Source: Octopus sinensis
Taxonomy: Eukaryota
Length of the DNA stretch: 64,000 nt
Reading direction: 5' to 3'
Assembly: GCF_006345805.1 (NCBI RefSeq)
Contig: NW_021832718.1
Span: forward strand, 1 to 64,000
The notes under the pieces were generated by a model. The model was given only the letters and a program-made list of their open reading frames with translations, ran no database searches and was not told where the DNA came from. Position numbers and translations under genes: made by a program. Below are positions 25,783 through 37,100 of the stretch, piece after piece. Each line of letters starts with the position of its first letter. The stretch's first letter is position 1.

Positions 25783-26325
25783 ATATATATATATATATAT
25801 ATATATGTAGGTCCCGGATTGATTCGGGGTTAACCACAGTAAGTAAGGTACTCAATACATAGCAGAGTAAATTAATTTATTATATAGAAGGAGCTTCTAC
25901 AGGACTAGTACTGTTTCATTCAAGAGAAATCTTCAGGAAGCTATTTAACAAGAATTGTATTAGCATTTATACATTTAGGCAGGTTTAAAGGAGTGGTGGT
26001 GGGGGACTTTTTTGGGGGTAGGCATAGCGCAAAATATCATACTTGGGGGAGTGGTCAAGGAGTCAGTGGTAAGTTAGATGAAAGAATAGATAAATAAAAA
26101 AATAAAAAAATAAAAATTAAAAAAAATAAAAAAATAAATAAAATAAAAAATAAAAAATAAAAAAATAAAAAAATAAAAAATATATATAAAAAAATATATA
26201 TATAAAAAAATATATATATAAAAAAAGGGGGGATAGAGTTATAGGTAAATAAGGAGATTCTCACTTATACCTATACACACATGTATACGTATCTACACAC
26301 ATATATATATACACATAATATATAT

Positions 26326-26365
<40 letters not shown>

Positions 26366-26397
26366 TATATATGTATATAATATATATATATATATAT

Positions 26398-27487
26398 TGT
26401 CACCAGCAGCGCTCTTGCCTCTGCTGGTGACAAAAGGCCTCTCGTATAGAGTAAAAGGCAGACTGTATGACGCGTGTGTATGAACAGCCATGCTACATGG
26501 CAGTGAAACATGGGCCGTGACTGCTGAGGATATGCGTAAGCTCGCAAGAAATGAAGCCAGTATGCTCCAATAGATGTGTAATGTCAGTGTTCATACCCGA
26601 CGGAGTGTAAGTACCTTGAGAGAAAAGTTGGACCTAAGAAGCATTAGATGTGGTGTGCAAGAGAGACGTTTGCGCTGGTATGGACATGTGGCGAGAATGG
26701 ATGAAGATAGTTGTGTGAAAAAGTGCCACACCCTAGCGGTTGAGGGGACCTGTGGAAGAGGCAGACCCAGGAAAACCTGGGACGAGGTGGTGAAGCACGA
26801 CCTTCGAACTTTAGGTCTCACTGAGGAAATGACTAGAGACCAAGACCTCTGGAAGTATGCTGTGCGTGAGAAGACCCGGCAGGACAAGTGAGACCATAAC
26901 CCGTGGCCTTCTACATGGGATGTAGTCAGCCCACTTATGCATACCTTCCCTTCTTGGGACACAAAACTCTACTCGTGAAGACCTGTTGAGGCAAGTGAGA
27001 ATCAGAATCGAAATCGATCAAAGGAAATTGCAGCTGAGTTACCAGTGCCGGTGCAACGTAAGAGAACCATCAGAACGTGGCCGTTGCCAGCGCCGCTCCG
27101 ACTGGCCTCGTGCCGGTGGCACGTAAAAAGCACCATCCGTTTCGTGGCTGTTGCCAGCGCCGCCCCGACTGGCCACTTGCTGGTGGCACGTAAAAAGCAC
27201 CATCCGTTCATGGCCGTTGCCAGCCTCGCCTGGCCCCCGTGCCGGTGGCACATAAAAAGTACCATCCGATCGTGGCCGTTTGCCAGACTCATCTGGCACG
27301 TAAAAAGCACACACTACACTCATGGAGTGGTTGGCGTTAGGAAGGGCATCCAGCCGTAGAAACATTGCCAGATCAAACTGGGCCTGGTGCAGCCTTCTAG
27401 CATCCCAGACCCCAGTTAAACCATCCAACCCATGCTAGCATGGAAAGCGGACGCTAAACAATGATGATGATGATGATGATGATGATG

Positions 27488-27488
<1 letters not shown>
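26398..27488 (+). mobile_element. RTE LINE 3' fragment, copy 2 of the tandem duplication
   Basis: Offset exactly 1707 bp from copy 1. I see only about three substitutions (gatgtg/ggtgtg, gccccg/gctccg, cccact/cacact). Confidence 0.9.
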
Positions 27489-27518
<30 letters not shown>

Positions 27519-27584
27519 GGTCCCGGATTGATTCGGGGTTAACCACAGTAAGTAAGGTACTCAATACATAGCAGAGTAAATTAA

Positions 27585-28665
27585 TTTATTATATAGAAGG
27601 AGCTTCTACAGGACTAGTACTGTTTCATTCAAGAGAAATCTTCAGGAAGCTATTTAACAAGAATTGTATTAGCATTTATACATTTAGGCAGGTTTAAAGG
27701 AGTGGTGGTGGGGGACTTTTTTGGGGGTAGGCATAGCGCAAAATATCATACTTGGGGGAGTGGTCAAGGAGTCAGTGGTAAGTTAGATGAAAGAATAGAT
27801 AAATAAAAAAATAAAAAAATAAAAATTAAAAAAAATAAAAAAAATAAATAAATAAAAAAATAAATAAATAAAAAAATAAAAAAATAAAAAATATATATAA
27901 AAAAATATATATATAAAAAAATATATATATAAAAAAAGGGGGGATAGAGTTATAGGTAAATAAGGAGATTCTCACTTATACCTATACACACATGTATACG
28001 TATCTACACACATATATATATACACATAATATATATACACATATATATATATATATATTATATATATTATATATATATATATATATATACATATATATAT
28101 GTGTATATATATATGTGTGTAGATACGTATACATGTGTGTATAGGTATAAGTGAGAATCTCCTTATTTACCTATAACTCTATCCCCCCTTTTTTTTATAT
28201 ATATATTTTTTTATATATATATTTTTTTATATATATTTTTTATTTTTTTATTTTTTTATTTATTTATTTTTTTATTTTATTTTTTTATTTTTTTATTTTT
28301 TTATTTTTTTATTTTATTTTTTTATTTTTATTTTTTTATTTTTTTATTTATTTATTTTTTTATTTTATTTTTTTATTTTTTTATTTTTTTATTTTTTTAT
28401 TTTATTTTTTTATTTTATTTTTTTATTTTTTTATTTTTTTTTTTTATTTATCTATTCTTTCATCTAACTTACCACTGACTCCTTGACCACTCCCCCAAGT
28501 ATGATATTTTGCGCTATGCCTACCCCCAAAAAAGTCCCCCACCACCACTCCTTTAAACCTGCCTAAATGTATAAATGCTAATACAATTCTTGTTAAATAG
28601 CTTCCTGAAGATTTCTCTTGAATGAAACAGTACTAGTCCTGTAGAAGCTCCTTCTATATAATAAA
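27585..28665. repeat. About 1.08-kb foldback of the same family as 24155-24562, with expanded A/T-rich arms and a (TA)n centre
   Basis: 27585-28015 is mirrored by 28110-28665. The (TAAAAAAA)n tract is mirrored by a longer (TTTTTTA)n tract. Confidence 0.9.
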
Positions 28666-28668
28666 TAA

Positions 28669-28778
<110 letters not shown>

Positions 28779-28844
28779 GTATATACATGTATATGTATAT
28801 ATATGCATATACATATATGCATGTTCCTTGAAGAAAATGACTTG

Positions 28845-29825
28845 CTGACTGAGACCCACTATGGATTTTGACCAGGTAGAAGCTGTCTAACACAGCTCCT
28901 GCAACACTATGACTTAGTGTTAAAACAGCTACTAAATGACTCGAGTGTGAATGTGATATATCTTGACTTTGCAAAAGCCTCTGATAAAGTCAACCATGGC
29001 ATGATCTGTCACAAACTGCATGATCTTGGCATAGGCAGAAAACTTGGAGAATGGCTGTACAACTTCCTAAAAGCTAGAAGGCAGGCAGTGATGGCCAATG
29101 GAGCCACCTCCAAGGAAACACAAATAACAAGTGGTGTTCCACAGGGCACTGTCTTGGGGCCACTGCTGTTCATAGTGGCCCTTTCAGACATGCCCTCAGT
29201 TGCTAAGATGGCCACCCTTGCTAGCTATGCAGATGACACAAAACTCTCTCAGACAATACAAAACCCTGGAAATATTGCACATCTGCAACAGGAGTTGGAT
29301 ACAATATACAGGTTGGCTGAGGACAACAACATGCAGTTTAATGCAGGAAAGTTCCAAGCCCTGCGCTACCAGCACACAAAGCTGAACAACATGCAAACTG
29401 GATACACTGGCCCAGGAAGAACTGCAATTCCTGAGTCAAAATCAGTGCATGACCTGGGCCCTGACATGAAAATATTAAAACTCTTCTCCCTGGAGCGAAG
29501 GCAGGAGCGATATTCAGTGATATACATCTGGAAAATCCTGGAGGGCCTTGTCCCGAATTTTGTCATTGAAAGTTACCCCAACAGCAGAACAGGGCGCCAC
29601 TTCATGGGGCTAAAAAAAAAATCCCAACATCACCATCAAAATACAGGACCAGATACTGCAACAGCTTGGGTTTCAGGGGACCACAGCTCTTCAATATTTT
29701 TCCTAAATGCCTCAGAGACCTGCATGGTGTGGATGTGGGTTTCTTTAAAACTAAACTCGATCTCTTCTTGTCAGGGGTTCCAGATGAACCTACCTCTCAG
29801 CAGGAGGGTTGAGCTCCCTTGTTGA
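28845..29825 (+). mobile_element. CR1-group LINE RT fragment with internal deletions
   Basis: ORF 28917-29825: [48 protein letters not shown]. Confidence 0.9.
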
Positions 29826-30485
29826 GCAAGTGCCACGTATCAGAGGTGGTTTCACATACTAGTGTAGTACATTCAACGCTAGTGCTCCAGCATGGCTGCA
29901 CCTTTCGGGCTGAAACATTTTTGAAAATTTAAGGTTTTATGTATAAACTCCGAGCCCACGTGGTTGTAGAGCTAACTTTTAACTAACTTATCCCTAAATT
30001 TAGGTAAATAACCACTCGTCACTGCAGCCTAAATGTTTAAAATAATTCCATTGTCATATATGAACAGTTGGCATAAAATATACGTGCATAGTAATTGTTT
30101 TTTTAACAAAAGGGGCAGTTCATTTCAAAAGACAATAGCGGAGACGAGACTGTAACAGAATTGTCTGCAACAATATAATTTGGTAAAGGGTTTTCACAGA
30201 GCCATGTGCTTTGTAATTAGAATAAGGGTTTCCAGGATTTATTATTTTTTCCCTTTTTGTTATTTGCTCACAAATACCAGTGGTTTCAATAACAATAGTT
30301 GCAAAATATAGTTGGTAGGTAACACTGAATATTATGAAATTTGTTCTGTCGACAACAGTAAGAAAACCAACCGGCAAGAACAGTAAAAGGACCAGGCATG
30401 TAACAAAAGAATCTTACATAGTACTATATTGGAGAGTAGAGGGTGTCCATCAGTGTAAGGACACATAAAAGTGTTAATATAAAGA

Positions 30486-31291
30486 TCTTCACCCGTTAAC
30501 AAAAAAAACCCCAAAAACCCAACTGTGTAGAAAACGAATATGAGAAAAAAAATTGTGCAAATGATCGGGGGTGTGGGGGTGAGCACTCTCGGAAAATTCA
30601 CAAGATCCGATTTTTCCATCATAACTTTCGGGAAAATAGATATATATTTCGATTTTTTTTTTTACGGTTTTATTTTTGGTTATGGAGGATCCGATTCTGC
30701 AAAGAAAATTTCAAAAATCGCATTTTCAAAATCTCTATTCTCCGGCCTTGGCCTTCAAGCAGGTTATCCACATGCTAGAAATAAGAGCCAAATCTCACAA
30801 AACTTCGGTAACATAATGAAAGAAATATATAATCGATCCACTCGCCTTTCTGTAAAGATTTCTTTCAGATTAATTTCCCGCAGTAATATGAAATTAAAGT
30901 TTTTTTTCAATCAATCTATGTGGGAAAGTACGGAGATGAAGAATATGGAAAAAATAAACACAAATTCAAATTTTTATGAAAAACTGCGACCCAAAGTTCC
31001 CCACTGAAAATTAACGGTTGTTTTGTCTGAATTGAAGTTTTGAAAAAAAAAAAAATTTCAGAATCGGATCCTCCATAACCAAAAATATGGGACTGGATCG
31101 AGTAAAAAAAAAATCAATATATATACATTTTCCCCAAAGTTGACGAAAAATCGGATCTTGTGAATTTTCCGAAAGTCCTGTCCCCACCCGCCGGTTCGTT
31201 TGCGCAAATTTTTTTTTTCTCATATTCGTTTTCTACACAGTTGTTAACACCCAGCAGGTGAGTGTTTTTTTTTTTGGCTAACGGGTGAAGA
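30486..31291. mobile_element. MITE with long imperfect TIRs (superfamily not determined)
   Basis: TCTTCACCCGTTA...TAACGGGTGAAGA termini. Inner mirrored blocks such as CAACTGTGTAGAAAACGAATATGAG / CTCATATTCGTTTTCTACACAGTTG and GGAAAATTCACAAGATCCGA / TCGGATCTTGTGAATTTTCC. Confidence 0.8.
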
Positions 31292-32623
31292 AAATCATAC
31301 CATCTGGTCTTTTACCATCAGTATAAGAAAATTTGACAGACTAGAAAACAAATGGAATCTCGACACCACTTCACTCGCCTGTTGATCTCCGTTGTTTCGG
31401 AAATCTACCGGTGTTTAAGTGGCAGTAAAGTCCGACTGAGTTTTGGAAAAGTCCGCCAAAAGTCTGAATAATGCCAAGCATAATTTCATTATTTACACGT
31501 GTATGGGATATAAATAATAAATGAAACCGCAAAGGTTTTGAACTTTGTAAGATTGAATTGTCATTTTTTAGTACCAAGTATTATAAAAGGCAGATTTTAT
31601 CTGCCTCCCTTTGTATCTTATAGAAATCTACAATATAGGATTTCTTCAATTACAATTTACCTAGCATTTTTAAGAGTAGAATGCATCGGGTCTTACCAGG
31701 TCCACTTTTTAAAATTTCAACCCCAATTAAGCAAAATTTAGAGAAAACTCACATTGTGGTGTATGAGTCAAATGCTTTTCTTAGTGTGGGATACAGCACA
31801 CGCACACGCACACACACAGTGTGCAACGAATAAAGTGAAAGTAATTCACTGTGTGTGTGTTGACAGGTAGACAATAGAATGCGATGGCGATGGCGATGTA
31901 ATATTTGTTTCTGTCTATGACGCTGATAGATACATGAGTAAAATGTATGGGAAGCTAAGAGATAAGAGTGAGTGAAAATGTTCTTGGAAGAGAGGAGTAA
32001 ATAGCGAGAGAGTGATTTGAGGAAGACATTACATTAAATAACCGTAGTGGCCTGTCAAATGAAGAGGAGTGACAGGGTACTGGAGGAAATAGGGTGAGTG
32101 AGGAAGATGGCCCCTAGCAACCACACCTTTTAAGATAGGGATTTCTAAGGTAGCCCACGAGCATCGTCACCTCATTCTACATGTCCCTGTAAATTTTGGA
32201 GCGAATCGGACGGGATAAAGTTATCTCTAAGAAACAGAAAGATCGCCCAAAAGTGTATATAGATATTTAAATGTATTTATATATTCATCTATACACACAT
32301 GTATGTATAATGTGCGTGTATATATTTCCATAGAGGTAACCATTCAATCCATACAAAGTCTTTTAGGACGAAAATATTTATATATAAAAGAAAGGTTGTG
32401 TGTCTGTCTCCTACGATTTAGATTCCTAACTACTCCCACATTTTGCGGTGCAGTTTAACCAAAACCGGGTATCTTATAGTCGTGATTCATATCGAGCCCT
32501 TCTGGGTATTAGCGCGCGTCTACGATGAGTCTGTGATTTTACAAATAATTTACCCTCATTTTTTCCCATTTTAATGCATATTTTTTTTAATAAAGGGAAG
32601 TAACTCTCAAACTTCACACCAAT

Positions 32624-33133
32624 ATGCGTGCTCATATGCGACGTAATTTCACATCAGCAGCATTTCCTCACACCCTCCTTGCACTTGGCGAAGGCAAAAT
32701 ACCAGGGGATGAAAATGGTAATATTGCCATCGATTCTATTTGTACCATTTTTAAGACGCCTTCTGATCTCACAGATGCAGTGTTCCCAGATCTACAAGCT
32801 AATTATCAGAATATGGATTGGATTGGCAAAAAGGCTATACTGGCCCCGAGGAATAAAACTGTTCACCATATTAATGATGAAATGCTAACACTCATTCCTG
32901 GGGATGTCTATGTATATCAGTCTATCAATACAACTCCTGACCCAGAGGACGTCATCAACTATCCAATAGAGGTACTCAATTCCTTTGAGCACCCCGGACT
33001 ACCACCACACTTTCTCAAACTTAAAGTTGGTGCCCCTCTAATGCTCATCAGAAATTTGGTTCCCCCAAAACAATGCAATGGCACACGTTTGATCGTTAAG
33101 TCCGTAAACTTATATCAATATTTGCCTGAATAA
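32624..33133 (+). pseudogene. Helitron PIF1-family helicase fragment
   Basis: LLALGEG...AILAPRN...IN...YPIEVLNS...GLPPHFLKLKVGAPLMLIRNL.PPKQCNGTRLIV are PIF1/RepHel C-terminal motifs. Truncated on both sides. Confidence 0.9.
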
Positions 33134-33469
33134 TCATCATAATTCAGTGCAATCATTAACAGTACTTTCAAGCAATTCAGCTCCGAGCAACGCCGGGCAA
33201 TTCTGCTAGTCTTATTATAAAAGGCAGATTTTATCTGCCTCCCTTTGTATCTTATAGAAATCTACAATATAGGATTTCTTCAATTACAATTTACCTAGCA
33301 TTTTTAAGAGTAGAATGCATCGGGTCGTGCCAGATCCAGTTTTTAAAATTTCAACCCCAATTAAGCAAAATTTAGAGAAAACTCACATTGTGGTGTGTAT
33401 GTCAAATGCTTTTCTTAGTTTGGGCTACAGCACACGCATACGCACACACACACAAACGGAGCGAACTGT

Positions 33470-34176
33470 TTCACTGACGCTATCACTCTAATTTCTCCTT
33501 TCTCTTTGCAACGATTAAAGTGAAAACAGTGAATCCGACAGCGATAAAGAAAATGAATTGGCACCTGAATGGAGTGAAAATTTAAAAACTGTTTCTTTCG
33601 GTGATTCTTTCGAAGAAACTGGACCAAGCCACATACTTTCCCAGGAGAGTAAAGCCTTAGACTATTTCTTTTTACTTTTTCGAATCAGCCTATTTGAAAT
33701 CATTACGGCAGAAACGAACTGTTACGCTAAAATGTAAACAAAACGAAAGAAACGATAGTTTGTGGTTTCCCACAACCTTAAATGAAATTAAGGCCTATTT
33801 TGCCATAAATATTATTATGGGTATCAGAAAGTTGCCCAGAATAACAAATTCTATCGTAAAATTTTCTGGTATACCCAACTGAATATTAGCTAATAACCCA
33901 TTTTCTATAGCGATGTTTGAACAAAATTTTAATAATTTTATATATTGTTGAATTTACCTGTATCTACCTGCAATTAGAGTCAATTTGTGACAAAAATTAT
34001 AGTATAGAATTGGTTGAGAACATTCCATTAAATTATCTTCCAAAAACCAGATTAATATATTGATAAATAAAAAAGTTATTGTTGTTTAATGAAACCAGAC
34101 TAAATTTATGATTACGTTAGAAAATAATTGAAACACATAAGGGGTGAATTTGGTCAGAAATATAGTAACGAAAGGG
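33470..34176 (+). mobile_element. piggyBac fragment (transposase N-terminal remnant plus one terminus) inside the Helitron array
   Basis: Decayed LDYFF...IITAETNCYA...WFPTTLNEIKAYFAINIIMGIRKLP (PGBD-like). The end GGTCAGAAATATAGTAACGAAAGGG is the reverse complement of the 19815 terminus. Confidence 0.75.
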
Positions 34177-37100
34177 TTTAGAAAAACCAAAAAATATTTT
34201 ATTCTTTATAAATGTTGTGTTCAAAATAACATTTTCTTTTAAGAATGTGTATATAACAAAGTATGTGTATACAACTACGTGGCTTATATCTTTATATATA
34301 AAACTGAAGTTGTGTGTCTGTCTCCTACGATTTAGATTCCTAACTACTCCCACATTTTGCGGTGCAGTGTAACCAAAACCGGGTATCTTATAGTCGTGAG
34401 TCATATCGAGCCCTACTGGGTATTAGCGCGCGTCTACGATGAGTCTACGATTTAAAAAAAATTTACCATCATATTTTTCCATTTTAATGCATTTTTCGCT
34501 ATTATATAAGGGAAGTAACTCTCTAAAAATATCTACGATGTGTCAACGATTTAAAAAAAAATTTACCTTAATTTTTTTTCCATTTTAATGCATTGTTTTG
34601 CTATTTTTTGGCTATAACTCTCTAAAAATGCTTTTATAGTTATTTCCCTTACAAATCCGAGCAACGCCGGGCGATACTGCTAGTATATTATAATTTAGAA
34701 CAAACAGTAAAAGGTTGTCATTATAGTACTCAAAGTTTCGAATATCGGAGTGGAGAGCCACGATACATTCTGGTCGGCTATTAATGGCAAATTATATGTG
34801 CAAATAATTATTAATAATAATATTGTCTCAGCGTGTCTCATGTACCCCGGGTTCACGTCCTTTTTTCACAGGATAGTCAGACATGACGATAAAATTATCT
34901 AAGCAGCAAGCAGGCTTGAGTGTATTTAAAATAGCGGTCGGGCGTCTTAAGAGGCCAGCAACTAGCACTGATGTCTTATAAAAATAGAACACTATCTGCA
35001 ACAGTTAATGGTTTCCTAGCAACAAAACGGAAAATGTGTGTGTGTCTAAATACAGAGCGTGGTAAATAGATTTGTAGTGATCAATACAACGGTGCGAGCG
35101 CGCAACGCTCTCTCGCGCATACGCGAAGGCGGAAGGGAAGACCCTCTCGCGCATGCGCGATGACCGGAAGAACAGATTTGCTGTCGTGGCATTAGTTGAA
35201 TGGCAGGGGAAGGCGAACCTTAACAAAGAGGCAAAGGAGCGTAAAACGTTGACCAACTGAGCGTCCAGAGGGACACATAGCAGTCAGCAGACAGCAGAAA
35301 GCCTTTCATTGAAGCAGACGCGTATTATTTTCGCTCCCTAAGGACGCCATTTTGACCAGTTCTGTTTGCAGTTGAACATTGTAAAATCTTACAGCGTTAA
35401 AGTTCAGCCTTGCACGCCCAGAACCAAGGGATCTCTTATTATAAAAGGCAGATTTTATCTGCCTCCCTTTGTATCTTATAGAAATCTACAATATAGGATT
35501 TCTTCAATTACAATTTACCTAGCATTTTTAAGAGTAGAATGCATCGGGTCGTGCCAGGTCCAGTTTTTAAAATTTCAACCCCAATTAAGCAAAATTTAGA
35601 GAAAACTCACATTGTGGTGTGTATGTCAAATGCTTTTCTTAGTGTGGGCTACAGCACACGCATACGCACACACACAGTGTGCTACGAATAAAGTGAAAGT
35701 AATTCACTGTATGTGTGTTGACAGGTAGACAATAGAATGCGATGGCGATGTAATATTTGTTTCTGTCTATGACGCTGATAGATACATGAGTAAAATGTAT
35801 GGGAAGCTAAGAGATAAGTGTGAGTGAAAATGTTCTTGGAAGATAGGAGTAAATAGCGAGAGAGTTATTTGAGGAAGACTTTACATTAAATAAACGTAGT
35901 GGCCTGTCAAATGAAGAGGAGTGACAGGGTACTGGAGGAAATAGGGTGAGTGAGGAAGATGGCCCCTAGCAACCACACCTTTTAAGATAGGGATTTCTAA
36001 GGTAGCCCACGAGCATCATCACCTCATTCTACATGTCCCTGTAAATTTTGGAGCGAATCGGACGGGATAAAGTTATCTCTAAGAAACAGAAAGTTCGCCC
36101 AAAAGTGTATATAGATATTTAAATGTATTTATATATTCATCTATACACACATGTATGTATAATGTGCGTGTATATATTTCCATAGAGGTAACCATTCAAT
36201 CCATACAAAGTTTTTTAGGACGAAAATATTTATATATAAAAGAAAGTGTGTGTCTGTCTCCTACGATTTAGATTCCTAACTACTCCCACATTTTGCGGTG
36301 CAGTGTAAACAAAACCGGGTATCTTATAGTCGTGAGTCATATCGAGCCCTTCTGGGTATTAGCGCGCGTCTACGATGAGTCTACGATTTAAAAAAAATTT
36401 ACCATCATATTTTTCCATTTTAATGCATTTTTTCGCTATTATATACGGGAAATAACTCTCTAAAAATATCTACGATGTGTCAACGATTTAAAAAAAAATT
36501 TACCTTAATTTTTTTTCCATTTTTAATGCATTGTTTTGCTATTTTTTGGCTATAACTCTCTAAAAATGCTTATATAGTTATTTCCCTTAGAAACCCGAGC
36601 AACGCCGGGCGATACTGCTAGTATATTATAATTTAGAACAAACAGTAAAAGGTTGTCATTATAGTACTCAAAGTTTCGAATATCGGAGTGGAGAGCTACG
36701 ATACATTCTCGTCGGCTATTAATGGCAAATTATATGTGCAAATAATTATTAATAATAATATTGTCTCACCGTGTCTCATGTACCCCGGGTTCACGTCCTT
36801 TTTTCACAGGATAGTTAGACATGACGATAAAATTATCTAAGCAGCAAGCAAGCTTGAGTGTATTTAAAATAGCGGTCGGGCGTCTTAAGAGGCCAGCAAC
36901 TAGCACTGATGTCTTATAAAAATAGAACATTATCTGCAACAGTTAATGGTTTCCTAGCAACAAAACGGAAAATGTGTGGGTGTCTAAATACAGAGCGTGG
37001 TAAATAGATTTGTAGTGATCAATACAACGGTGCGCGCGCGCAACGCTCTCTCGCGCATACGCGAAGGCGGAAGGGAAGGGCCCTCTCGCGCATGCGCGAT

